From Prasinococcaceae sp. CCMP 1430 (Eukaryota; Plantae; Prasinodermophyta), in the NCBI GenBank assembly GCA_013416795.1, contig RQSC01000004.1, positions 270,787 through 334,786 on the forward strand: a DNA stretch of 64,000 nucleotides, in the 5' to 3' direction. The notes under the pieces were generated by a model. That model was not told the DNA's origin. It searched no databases and saw only the letters and a program-made list of their open reading frames with translations. Made by a program: the position numbers and the translations under genes. This document shows positions 52,392-62,775 of the stretch, in pieces (positions within the stretch are counted from its first letter, which is position 1; each line of letters starts with the position of its first letter).

Positions 52392-53031
52392 NGGGAGGGG
52401 GCGTGGCGGCCGCGCGCCCGCGCGCGCTCCCTCATCCGCTCGCGCGCGCCCCGGGCGCCGCTCCAGGGGTAACAAACGGCGTCATCAACCCAACGAGATG
52501 CACTCTCACGCCAGTGCAGTTTGCTCATTCATCCAACGCACCGCCCGCGCGCGCGCGCAGCGATTGCCCCATCGAATCGCAAGGCGCTGAGCCGCACCTT
52601 CGCAAAGCAGCGCCGCGCATGCGGGGAAACCGAACCAACGCGAACGGGAGGGGCGCGCGCATACTACGGACGTGAACCCCGCTCGAACCCGGTCTGAGCG
52701 CTAGGGTTCGCTGGATTGACCGTCTTCAGCGGCTTAGACCCGGTCGTCCGCGCGCGGTCACCCCGGGCTGTGCCTCCTCTGAACCCCAGGTGAGTGTGCG
52801 CCCTGATGAGGAGCCGGAGCCGCCGGGCGCCGCTCGTGGTCAGCGGGTGCGGCGCGCACTCACCGAGTGACCGTGGGCCTCGGCGCCACAGCGCACGCGC
52901 GAGGGCGGCGCGCGGACCGGGGCTGCCTCCCGCCGCTGCATCGCGCGCGGGCGCGTGGTGCGGGCGCGGGCGCCCGAGAGTGGCGCGGCGGCGGCCACGG
53001 CCCCACTCGGGCTCGGTGAGGAGCGGGCACG

Positions 53032-54411
53032 ATGGCGCCGCGGAGGGAGAGGACCTCGGGGTCTAGGTCGGGCGCCAGTAAGGACGCCGTGAAGGTGCGC
53101 TGCCTGCGCCGCCCGCGCTCGAGGGGGGGCTTCGCCGCGCTGTGGAACGGGAGGACTTTCTTTCCGCCGAAGCGCGTGAAGTGGCGCCCCCGCGCGCGCG
53201 CCGCCGCTGACCCTCGCTCTGGCCTCCACGCAATGCAGCGCCCGCCTCCGTTCCTGCAGAAGACGTGGGAGATGCTGGAAGAGAAGGAGACAGACGGCAC
53301 GGTCTCCTGGTCGGAGGACGGCAAGTCGTTCATCGTGTGGCGCCCCGACGTGCTGCAGAACGAGCTGCTGCCCAAATACTTCAAGCACCAAAACTACTCG
53401 AGCTTCGTGCGGCAGCTGAATACGTACGGCTTCCGCAAGGTGAACCCCGACAGGTGGGAGTTCGCGCAGGAGCACTTCCGGCGCGATGACAAGGACCGTA
53501 TGGTCCAAATCGTGCGCAAGAGGCCGTCGAAAAAGGAGGCAGCTGCGGGCGCCGGGGACGGCTCCGGCGGCGGCAACGCAGGGATCCTCCTCCCGGGCGG
53601 CGCGCACTCGGCGGTGCCGCCGATTGAGGTGGGCAATTTTGGCGGGCTCGACCAGGAGTTTGACAGGATGAAGCGCGACAACAGCGTGCTTACCATGGAG
53701 CTCCTGCGCATGCGGCAGGAGCAGCAGCAGATGAGGCAGGAGATGGCCGAGATGCGCTCGCGGCAGGACCACGCGGAGAGCGTGCAATCGGCCATGATGA
53801 ACTACGCGCTGCAGGACCCGTACTCGTTCAAGCTCCTCCTGGAGCGGTACCAGAATGCCAAGGGCATGAAAGACTCGTCGAGCCGCAAGCGGCGCGCGCT
53901 TGAACAAGGCGAGCAGACTGCCGCGGCCGAACCCCTCTCTACGTCCCTGATGCTCCGCGATCAACCGCAGAGCTTCTACGAGGGGGCTGCCAGGGGGCCG
54001 ATCATCGAGCCCGTGAGCTCGCCTTCCAAATTGGAGGAGCTCGACGACGCGGACGACGCTATTATGACGCCCGCGGCGCGCAACAGTCTGAGACAGCAGG
54101 GCACAAGCATCGAGGGCGGAGGCGTTGGGGGCATGGTCGGCGCGCAGTTGGCAACAGCCTCAGCCCCGTTGGAAGACACTTTCGCTGCAATTTCGATGGG
54201 GAAGGGCGGGCGGGCGGACGGGGCGGGGCCTTCGAGGGGCCTGGGCCTGCAAGAAGCGCTGCAGATGCAGCCACCCGCCTCCGTGCCCGTGCACCCGCAG
54301 GCTGTCGAGGAGCTAAGTCCGGACGACCGGCTGATGTCGCTTGGATCGGTTGACAACGACCTGCTCAGCGCACTGCTGGAGGGCCTGGACGTGCCTATTA
54401 GGGAGGACTGA
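53032..54411 (+). CDS. HSF: Heat shock transcription factor (class A-like); probably 2 exons (53032-53094, 53239-54411)
   Basis: PPPFLQKTWEML...SWSEDGKSFIVW...LPKYFKHQNYSSFVRQLNTYGFRKV...WEFAQEHF (DBD), followed by an HR-A/B heptad region. Putative 144-nt intron 53095-53238 (GTGCGC, CTGAC, GCAG). Confidence 0.95.
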   Translation: MAPRRERTSGSRSGASKDAVKVRCLRRPRSRGGFAALWNGRTFFPPKRVKWRPRARAAADPRSGLHAMQRPPPFLQKTWEMLEEKETDGTVSWSEDGKSFIVWRPDVLQNELLPKYFKHQNYSSFVRQLNTYGFRKVNPDRWEFAQEHFRRDDKDRMVQIVRKRPSKKEAAAGAGDGSGGGNAGILLPGGAHSAVPPIEVGNFGGLDQEFDRMKRDNSVLTMELLRMRQEQQQMRQEMAEMRSRQDHAESVQSAMMNYALQDPYSFKLLLERYQNAKGMKDSSSRKRRALEQGEQTAAAEPLSTSLMLRDQPQSFYEGAARGPIIEPVSSPSKLEELDDADDAIMTPAARNSLRQQGTSIEGGGVGGMVGAQLATASAPLEDTFAAISMGKGGRADGAGPSRGLGLQEALQMQPPASVPVHPQAVEELSPDDRLMSLGSVDNDLLSALLEGLDVPIRED

Positions 54412-54641
54412 GCCCCTTTATCGGCAGCTCCCGACTTGCGCACGCGCGCCCCCGTACATATGTAGTATAACAAGAAGGAATGGGCAATGGGGGACAACCC
54501 ACCCACCATATACATTGTCATCATCGAAGTGACGCGTCACTTGGCCGATGCCGCGGGGGCAGAGTCTCTCGGAGGCTCGCACTGCTACCGCCGCTACCGC
54601 CGCCTCTGCCACGCGCGCTTTGAGGCTCTCGTGCCGCCAAA

Positions 54642-57040
54642 TTATTTACGCAGGAGGGCATACGCAGCTAGTAGCACAGCGGCTGCAATGGCGCCGAGCG
54701 CCACCCCATGGCCTCCGAACGCCGCCGGCCGCGCGCGACGCAACTCGCAGCACATGAATTGGGAGCGCGCGGCGTCCAGCTCGTCGATGGCATACCTCTC
54801 GAAGGAGATGGCAGCGGTGAGGAGCGACGCACTCACGCGATGGGCCTGGCCCAGGTCACCCGACCACAGCGTTTCAGCCAACGTGACGAAGCGCTCCTCG
54901 AGTGAGTCGAGGTCGCGCTCAACGGCAGCCAGCGTGGCGTGCGGCAGCGGAGGATCGGGCCGACTCGGGTCGTGGTAGAGCGCGTCAATGGCCGACGGCA
55001 ACCTCGAGCCCACATCACCGTCACGGTCAGCGCCATCGAGGGCGGCGGGCGTCACCCGCCCGCCCATGGGGTCGCGCAAGTGCTCGTCGACGAATCCTTC
55101 GATGTGCGCCAATGCAGTTGCCACCTTGGCGGCTGCAGTGTCGGCCCGTGCGAGTGCCGCGCCGCGCTGCGCCGCGCCCACGAGCGCCTTGCTCACGGAA
55201 TGGAACGCTGCAGGCGCGAATGCCCCGAAAGGATGTGCGCCCGCAGCCCACATCCAGGCCTCCTTCCTCTCCTCGTGCGCCGAGCTCCAGCGCTCGTGCG
55301 GATCAGCGGCGCCTGCGAGGGCGCGGGCCACACCGGCGACGATCGGGCCCATGGCCCTGCGCGCGTCCACGGTCACCGTGCGACCTTGCGAGACAAACGC
55401 GAGCGGCAGCGCCTCCTCCGCTGTCTGCAGCACAGCCACGCCGTCTGGGGCGGACGCCACGAGGCTCTCTCCGTCCATGGCAGTTCCGCGCGGCAGGCCA
55501 GTGCACGAAAAAAGATACACAGGCAGCACGTGCGTCCCCCCGCTAAAGGCCGAGCCCACGTCGCCGGCCTCGGACAGAAATGCTGCCGCCTTGCGAGCGT
55601 TGCCCTGCGAGCCTTCGCTCGTGGCGGTGTCTGCCTGACGCAATCCCTGCGTGAGCACGTCTCGCGCGGATCGTAGCTCCTCAAGCAGGCGCGCTCCGTG
55701 CACGCGCGGCCTGCGCCGCGTGACGTGCGCGCCGGTCGTGTCCGCACCGCCAGCCGCGGTGGCCGACGCTAGCGCCATGGCGATCGCCGGGTGATCGGCC
55801 ATGCTCTGCAAAGTCGGCACGACCACGATCTTCTGGCCAGGCAACGCCAGCGCCCTGAGCTCGTGCTCCAGCTTCTCAACGTCAATGTACGTGCCCATCG
55901 AAGCGCTGCTTCTCTTTGCAAGCGGGTCGAAACTCTCGTGGTCAACGAATACCACTAGCGGCACCAGCACGCGCTCGGCTGCCATGGTTGTGTGAGGCGC
56001 CTCCACCACATCCGGCGCGAAGAGGTGCTGCACTGCCGACCTCGCGACGTCGGCGACGCGCCCGCGCAGCTGCGCGTCGGCGGCCTCCTGCGGCATGCCC
56101 GAACCGTACCTCATTTCGTCCTCATGGTAGTCGGCGACACGCGGGAGGGTCAAAGGACCAACCGCGCCTCCCACGCCATCCTCATCCTGCCCGGCGCGCC
56201 CGAGCGCGCACGGGCCAGCCGACAGGTCGACGACCGCGTACTCGCCTTCGCTGACCCACGCGGCCGTCAGGCCGCCGCCTCCGTACCGGTAGCGGTACAT
56301 GTATCCTCCCTCGTCGACGACCGGGCGCATCGTCGCGACGCGCTCGCTGGCTTTCTGCTCCTTCGTGCGTGGGTCTAGCACGTGCTTGTTCGGGCTGAGG
56401 ACGATCAGCGCCGCGCGACCCGACTTGCCCACGGTCTCCTTGTACAGATTGCTCAACGCGCCCTGGACACTCTTGGAGGCTTCGACATTGAATACGGGCA
56501 CGTTGACGGTGCCCTCAACATTAGCGTCGTCCTTCGACACGGCAAGCACGGCCTCGTCGCCCGCGAAGACCATGTTCGAGGACAGCTCGCGGCTCACGTC
56601 CCTCAGCCTCCTGGCATCTGCGTGCGTCACGCGCCACTGGATCTCGAGCTTGGCCCCAAGAAGCTCTGCGCCCCGCGCGCCGCGCGCGCCGCCCGTGAGT
56701 TTCGCAGGCCTGCGATACGGAAGCGTGGCGTTCAGCAGCCTCTCTAGCTTGCCTGCGTCCATGGCGTGCGCGTTCTCTCCGTCTCCATTGAGCCCTACAA
56801 GCACGACGTCAACCTCGAGTGGCGCCACGAACGGCACGCGCTCGACGCCGTCGGGGGCGCCCGGGTGGTGCACGGCGTGGCGAGAGTGCAGCATGTCGTG
56901 TGCGCTGCGCCCCGCGGTCGACACCATCCGCGATAGCACGCGCTCCGACCACGGGCGGAACCGGAAGCCGGCGCCCGGCGCGTCCGGGTCGCCGCCCGCG
57001 TCCGTCCCCGCCGCAGGCACCGCCGCCGCAGCCGCCGCCG
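54642..57040 (-). CDS. KNS3/SPOT1-like (At5g58100 family) ER membrane protein with a C-terminal TM helix; 5' end in or next to the N gap
   Basis: VPFVAPLEVDVVLVGLNGDGENAHAMDAGKLERLL, YMYRYRYGGGGLTAAWVSEGEYAVVDLSAGPCALG, THVLPVYLFS, WMWAAGAHPFG and FMCC followed by a TM helix resemble this plant family as recalled. Confidence 0.72.
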
Positions 57041-57220
57041 NNNNNNNNNNNNNNNNNNNNNNNNNNNNNNNNNNNNNNNNNNNNNNNNNNNNNNNNNNNN
57101 NNNNNNNNNNNNNNNNNNNNNNNNNNNNNNNNNNNNNNNNNNNNNNNNNNNNNNNNNNNNNNNNNNNNNNNNNNNNNNNNNNNNNNNNNNNNNNNNNNNN
57201 NNNNNNNNNNNNNNNNNNNN
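57041..57220. other. Assembly gap (180 N)
   Basis: Run of N. Confidence 1.
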
Positions 57221-57380
57221 GCACGCGAAGCAGAGCGCCGCGCCGGCGTCCCGCGGAGTTCAACGCGCTCGCGCCCGGCCCAAACGGGTCGCCGAACGCG
57301 CGGAGCGCGCGCGCGAACGCGCGCGCCCGCCGCAAAACGATAATAACGGCGCGCGTGCCGGGCGAGACCAATCGCGCGAA

Positions 57381-57410
57381 CAAAAAAAAAGGCCCAAAAA
57401 AAAAAAAGAG
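57381..57410. promoter_or_regulatory. Site-II-like motif (AGGCCCA) flanked by poly(A) tracts between divergent genes
   Basis: Sequence CAAAAAAAAAGGCCCAAAAAAAAAAAAGAG. TGGGCY is an established plant promoter element; function here is inferred. Confidence 0.3.
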
Positions 57411-57422
57411 CGCAGCAGGGGG

Positions 57423-58215
57423 CGCCTGTCGCGAGCGGGCACCGGTGCCGGGGTTGCGGGGGGGGCGAAGGACGAGGACGAGGCACTGAAGGCGCAGCTA
57501 TCGGTTGCATGTGCGTGTGCGAATAGCAGGCGGAGCGCGCTGGCGCCGGAGCGGAGCCGCCGCGCGCGCGGGCGGCGCGCCCTTGTGCGCAGACGCAGCG
57601 CCTGAGCGCGCAGCTGACTCGTGCTCGCGGACGCCGCGTCGGCTTCTTGTGCGCACAGGGCTGCCCGCGCGTGGTCAACCCGGCGCGCGCGAGCGTCGCA
57701 TGGCAGCGGCAGTGCGATCCGTGCTCGCGTCGGCAGCGGCGTTGCGCATGCTCCCGCGTACCGCCGTGCGCGTGTCCATCCAGGAGCTCTCCGACGACGG
57801 AGGCTTGCTTGCCGCGGCCGTCAACGCAGCGATGGCAGCGCTCGCGGATGCGGGCATACCTTGCTATGGGCTGGTCGCGGCGGCATGCGAGGCGATAGCC
57901 GACGCCGAAACACCAGCGTCGCTGGCGGACCCGTGCGCCGCTGAGGAGAATGACGGAGCATACTCGTGCGTCACTGTCGCCACGCTGCCGTCGGAGTGTA
58001 GCGAGGCGGGCGAGGAGGGCGGCGGCGACGTGGTGCTGTGTGAGGCAGGCGGCGGCGTCCCCGCGCGCGCACGCGTGTCAGCCGAGGCGCTCGCAGCCGC
58101 GGTCGCCGCCGCACGTGCTCAGTGCGCAGCTACACGCGAGGAGATGGCGAGTGCGCTCGAGGCCACACAGGTCTGGAGTGATAGATTACGCGCGCCCGAG
58201 GAGGCCTCTGGCTAG
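57423..58215 (+). CDS. RRP46: Exosome complex component RRP46 (EXOSC5, RNase PH-like); intron 57511-57658; start not found
   Basis: Splicing gives AKDEDEALKAQLSVA|WLPARGQPG, followed by LRMLPRTAVRVSIQELSDDGGLLAAAVNAAMAALADAGIP...DPCAAEE. Confidence 0.82.
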
Positions 58216-58362
58216 GCGACAGTGCGAGGCCGCGCGTATCTGACGCCGCCCTCGGAGGTGCGAAGAGCTGCACACAGGCGTGGTGCGTCCACCCGCGTGC
58301 CAGATACTCAAATTAATTACATGCACTGTGTAGACTCCCCGCTGCCGCTGCTGCATACGCGC

Positions 58363-59827
58363 TCACCCGACTGCGTCCGCCTCACTCGGAACGTGAAGCA
58401 CGCTCTGGAAGCTCTCCGAGACGACCTCGACAACCTCCGCTGAGAACGTCACACCATTGGCACCAGCGTGCAGACCAGCGCAGCCCGCACCGCACGTGTA
58501 CACCATCGCGGTGAGCCACTCCCAAGACGCGGCCACTCTGCCAGCGGGCGGCGAAGCGTCCTCATCATCCTCGTGCCACTCTGAGAGTCCCGTGGTGAGG
58601 TAGTACAGCAGAGGCGGCATGAGCTGGCACTCGGCGACGAGACCGGCTCCACAGCGTGTGCACGCGCGCGCTCGCCCCAACGGCGCGCCCTTGAGCGGCC
58701 ACGCGAGCATCGCTGTTTCATCCGTACCCCCTTCCGGCGAGAAATATCGCGCGCACTGCTCAGGCGCGCGCTTGAGCCGGCGTTGGAATTTGAGGAACTT
58801 GCCGCTGTGCGCGCCGCCCCAGTCAAGCGACGCGGACTCGTACTCTTCAGCGGCGAAGCTTTCCTTGTCCCCGGAAGCGCCGCCGGCATTGGTGCCGCCA
58901 CTTCCGCCCTTGCAACCCGCAGTAGCATCCTCCGAGCCCGCCGCTTCGTCTGACGCTATGTGCAGAACATCGAGGCGCGCGGGCGGTTGGCGCGAGGAGG
59001 TCAGCATGCGCGCGCGTGAGTGGAGACGGGGTTGAAGCGTGCGCGAGGTCACGGGGCACACATCGGCGCAAACACACCGTTGTAGCTCTCCAGCAGTTCC
59101 GCCGCGTGGATGGCCTCCGCTTTGGCCTCCGAGCCGTCATCCTCGGGCTCGTGCTGCGCCACCAGCGCGAACGACGGCACGTGCGGCACAGTCTCCGCGT
59201 CCTCTGCCTGTTCCTCCTCGCTGGCCGCTGCAAGTGGCTGCTGCGCGCATTCAGCGCCATCGGCATGCGCCTGCGAGCCACGCGCCTGTGTATGCTGCTG
59301 GGCGAGCCCAGCAGCCTCCATGGCGGCGGCGAGGTCCTCCAGCGTGTCGTCCTTGCCGTCACCGCCGCTGCCACCAGTTGCGCCTCCTTCGCCCCCCCAC
59401 TCATCGCTGCCACCACTGCCGCCCCAATCGTCGGCGCCGTCGCCACCACCCCAATCGTCACTCGCACCGCCCCAGTCTTCGGTGGCCGCCGCTGCCACCG
59501 CTCTAGCTGGCGGCGCCGCCGCCTGCGGTGCACCCGCGTCTGCGCACTTGCTAGCGCTGCGCCGCTCGGCGAGCATTGCCGCCCATGCGCCGGACGTTGC
59601 GCATCCCTTCGGGCAAGCGCTCACGTACAGCGACCGCTCGGGGGCGCGCGCGGTGGGCGCGGCCGCCTGCAGCACGAGCACGCGCGGCGCGCCGCACGCG
59701 CTGCACACGCCGCAGCCCCACGACTTGGCCGCCTCACCTCGCCCCGTCCCAAGTGCACGCGGCGGCGGCTCGCCGCCGAGCCAGTCGGGCGCGCCACCCG
59801 CCTTTGTCCCCGCCGCCCCCCACCGCC
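58363..59827 (-). CDS. PDCD2L: PDCD2-like / TSR4 ribosomal-protein chaperone; intron 58956-59077; 5' end in the N gap
   Basis: N-part PDWLGG...CSACGAPRVLVLQAAAP...RSLYVSACP..C...W; C-part FLKFQRRLKRAPEQCARY...CTRCGAGLVAECQLMPPLLYYL...WEWLTAMVYTC (PDCD2_C). Confidence 0.88.
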
Positions 59828-60115
59828 NNNNNNNNNNNNNNNNNNNNNNNNNNNNNNNNNNNNNNNNNNNNNNNNNNNNNNNNNNNNNNNNNNNNNNNNN
59901 NNNNNNNNNNNNNNNNNNNNNNNNNNNNNNNNNNNNNNNNNNNNNNNNNNNNNNNNNNNNNNNNNNNNNNNNNNNNNNNNNNNNNNNNNNNNNNNNNNNN
60001 NNNNNNNNNNNNNNNNNNNNNNNNNNNNNNNNNNNNNNNNNNNNNNNNNNNNNNNNNNNNNNNNNNNNNNNNNNNNNNNNNNNNNNNNNNNNNNNNNNNN
60101 NNNNNNNNNNNNNNN
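59828..60115. other. Assembly gap (288 N)
   Basis: Run of N. Confidence 1.
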
Positions 60116-60650
60116 GACGGTGGCGGCGGCGGCGGCGGCGACAAAGGCGCGGGCGGGTGGGGCGGAGGGCGGGCGGGGCGGTGGCGCGCCGGAGCTCGCT
60201 ATCGCCGCGGCGGTGCTTGCGGTTGGTGCGACGGGATGCGGTGCGATGGCCGCGGCATCGACGCGCTACCCGCCGGCGGTTGTGGGCGCGGGTGCCGCCG
60301 CAGCATCCGCTGCGTGTGCCGCAACTGCGGCAGCGGTCGCCTCGAAGCGGGACTCGCCGGCGGCGCTCGCGCGGGCAACGGCCGCGCTGCCCGGAGACAT
60401 GCGCGCGATTGAGATGCGCCTCAGGGAGCTGGAGAAGCGCAAGTCGGTGACCGAATCTGCGGCTCGCTCCGCCACGCGCCTTGCCGCGCGCGCGCGCGTC
60501 GACGCCAAGGACGCGCAGGCGCTCGAGGACATGAAGCGCCTCATTCGGCGAGGGCCGCCTCAGTCGCGCCCGTCGCTCCAGCGCACGCCGAGCACCACCG
60601 CCGCGCCCCGCTGCGGCATCGCGGCGCACTGGCGGGGTGGAACGGTGTGA
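60116..60650 (+). CDS. Hypothetical protein, 3' part (hydrophobic segment plus coiled-coil-like stretch); 5' end in the gap
   Basis: Open frame after the gap with ELAIAAAVLAVGA and MRAIEMRLRELEKRKS...ALEDMKRLIRR. No family recognised. Confidence 0.4.
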
Positions 60651-61169
60651 TGTTGTGGGTGGAGGGCCTCGTCCGGGGGGGCGAGGAAGGGCCCGCCCCC
60701 GCGCCGTAGGCGGCGCGCTCCCGCGCAAGCAGGCGCTGTGGCCCACCCCAGCCGCCGGCCAGCGTCCTCCCTGCTGGCTGGTGCGCTTTGGCAAAGTGTC
60801 CCTTTTCAGCTCTTCTCTTCTGTGCGATGCGTCCGTCGAAAGCCCCCGTCGTCGTTGCGCATCGGCGGGCGCCAGAGGGGTCGCGCGGCGCGCAGCGGCA
60901 GCGTGTGCCCCGCCGCGGCCAGGTGTGCGTGAGGAAGGGCGACCGGGCGGGCGGACGGGCGGGAGGTATGAGCAGGGGGTGCGTGCGGGGACGGGGTGCG
61001 TTTGGGGACGGGGTGCGTTTGGGGCGGGGCTGTGTGCTGGTAGCGAGAGCGAGCTCCGCCAGGCGTGGCTCGGCGCTGGGCGCTCTGCTCTCGGCGCCTT
61101 TCGGGCGGCCGCGGCGGCAGGCGGGTGCCCTCTCGCGCTCGGTGCGCGGTGTGGTGCCGATGTCGGCGC

Positions 61170-61934
61170 GGCCTCGGCGTCGCGCCTTCACCTTTGCCAG
61201 TGGCGTGGCCCCTTCGCTCAAGCCGGAGGCGCAGCTTGCACGCGCACAGGTGAGCAGGGCGCTAGCTCTGGACAGCGAGCATCCCCTCGCGATGCACCTC
61301 AAAATACACTTGGAGGAGCAGCTCGCACAAGGAGGTCCCGAGGGAGGTACTGTGGCCGCCGCCGATGCAATGGAGTCCATTGCACCACAACAGGCACACC
61401 TGGTACACATGGCGAGCCACATCTACATACGGTCTGGGAAGTACAAGCGCGCAATCGAGGCCAATGAGGAAGCGATGAAACTCGACGTCCAGATGCGCGC
61501 ACAGTGCATGGTGCCGTACGCGCCTGGCCACCAAATTGCCGTGCTGATTGCCGCAGGAATGCTCATGGGGCGTCCAGCCGTGATCGAGCAGGGCGTTCCG
61601 ACAGTCGCAATCGAATTTCCGCTCGCGGAGATCCTACAGGCCTTGTGGCCATACCCTCGCGTGCTTGTCGCGGCGCGCTTCGGCATGTGGGACGTCATCA
61701 AAGCTGAACCGCTGCCTGGCGCAGGTGCGCACCCGTACGCGCGCGTGATCGGGCACTACGCTGCTGGCCTCGCCGCAACGGGTGGGAAGCGAGACGAAAG
61801 TGAGCTTGAAGAGGCCGCCAGCCACCTGGCCGAGGTCGAGCGTGCTGCGAGTGAGCTGCCAGCAGACGGCCCCATGATGGAAGGCACGGACGTCGAGGGC
61901 GCACTCCTGCGTTCGGGGCCGTTCTTCTCACACG
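61170..61934 (+). CDS. Fragment of a TPR-like protein of a family common in bacteria and fungi; truncated at the N at 61935
   Basis: RALALDSEHPLAMHLKIH...AADAMESIAPQQAHLVHMASHIYIRSGKYKRAIEANEEA...PYAPGH...VLVAARFGMWDVI resembles the HPGAxHxYIH...HLVHMPSHIY family motif. Confidence 0.65.
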
Positions 61935-61935
61935 N

Positions 61936-62702
61936 CCGCCGCGTTCTCCGCGCGCGGCGCGCGGCGCGCGCTCGGGGCGCGCCCGCTGCTGGTCGTCTCG
62001 CACCCCGACGACGAGGCCATGTTCTTCGCGCCGACGCTCGCCGCATGCGCCGAAGCGCGCCTGGTGCCCACGGTCCTGTGCCTGTCGAACGGTGATGCGT
62101 TTGGCCAGGGAGTCACCCGCGAAAAGGAGCTCGCGCGAAGCTGCGCATCGCTCGGCGTCGGCGCCGACCGCGTGCGCGTGGTCCACGCGCGCGAGCTGAG
62201 CGATGGCATGGGCGAGGCGTGGCCCGCCGAGGCCGTCGCGGCAGCCGTGCGCGCCGAGGTAGCGCGCACGCGCGCCACCAGCGTGGTCACCTTCGACAAG
62301 GGGGGCGCCAGCGGTCACCCGAATCACGTGGCGACGTGGCGCGGCTGCGTCGAGCTCACCCGCGCGGCGGCCACGCGCGGACAGCCTCCCCCCGTGCCCG
62401 TGTGGGCACTCCGCACGCTGCGGCCGTACCGGCGGCTGCTTGGCCCCGCGGACGCGGCGCTCGCGGCAGTGCTGGCCTTCGCGCGTGGGGCGATGCGGGG
62501 CCAAGCAGCCGAGCTCCTGCTCGCCCCTCGGGGCGCCGCGGCGGCCGCGCGCACCGCGATGGCCGAGCACCGCTCGCAAACGACGTGGTACCGCGGCGCG
62601 TTCATGCAGCTCGCCGCGTACGTGCACATGAACGCGCTGGCGCGCGTGGCGCCATCCACCGCGCGCAAGCCCGTGCACCGGCGCAGCAAGTCGTATACAT
62701 AG
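61936..62702 (+). CDS. PIGL: N-acetylglucosaminyl-phosphatidylinositol de-N-acetylase (GPI anchor step 2); 5' end missing
   Basis: LLVVSHPDDEAMFFAPTL (HPDDE at 62001), LCLSNGD, REKELARSC, VVTFDKGGASGHPNH, AMAEHRSQTTWYR. Confidence 0.9.
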
Positions 62703-62775
62703 CACCGTGCTCGCGCGTTCGCTTGGACACACCTCCACTCTGTACAATTTGTCACTTACTGTCCCGTTCGGGTTG

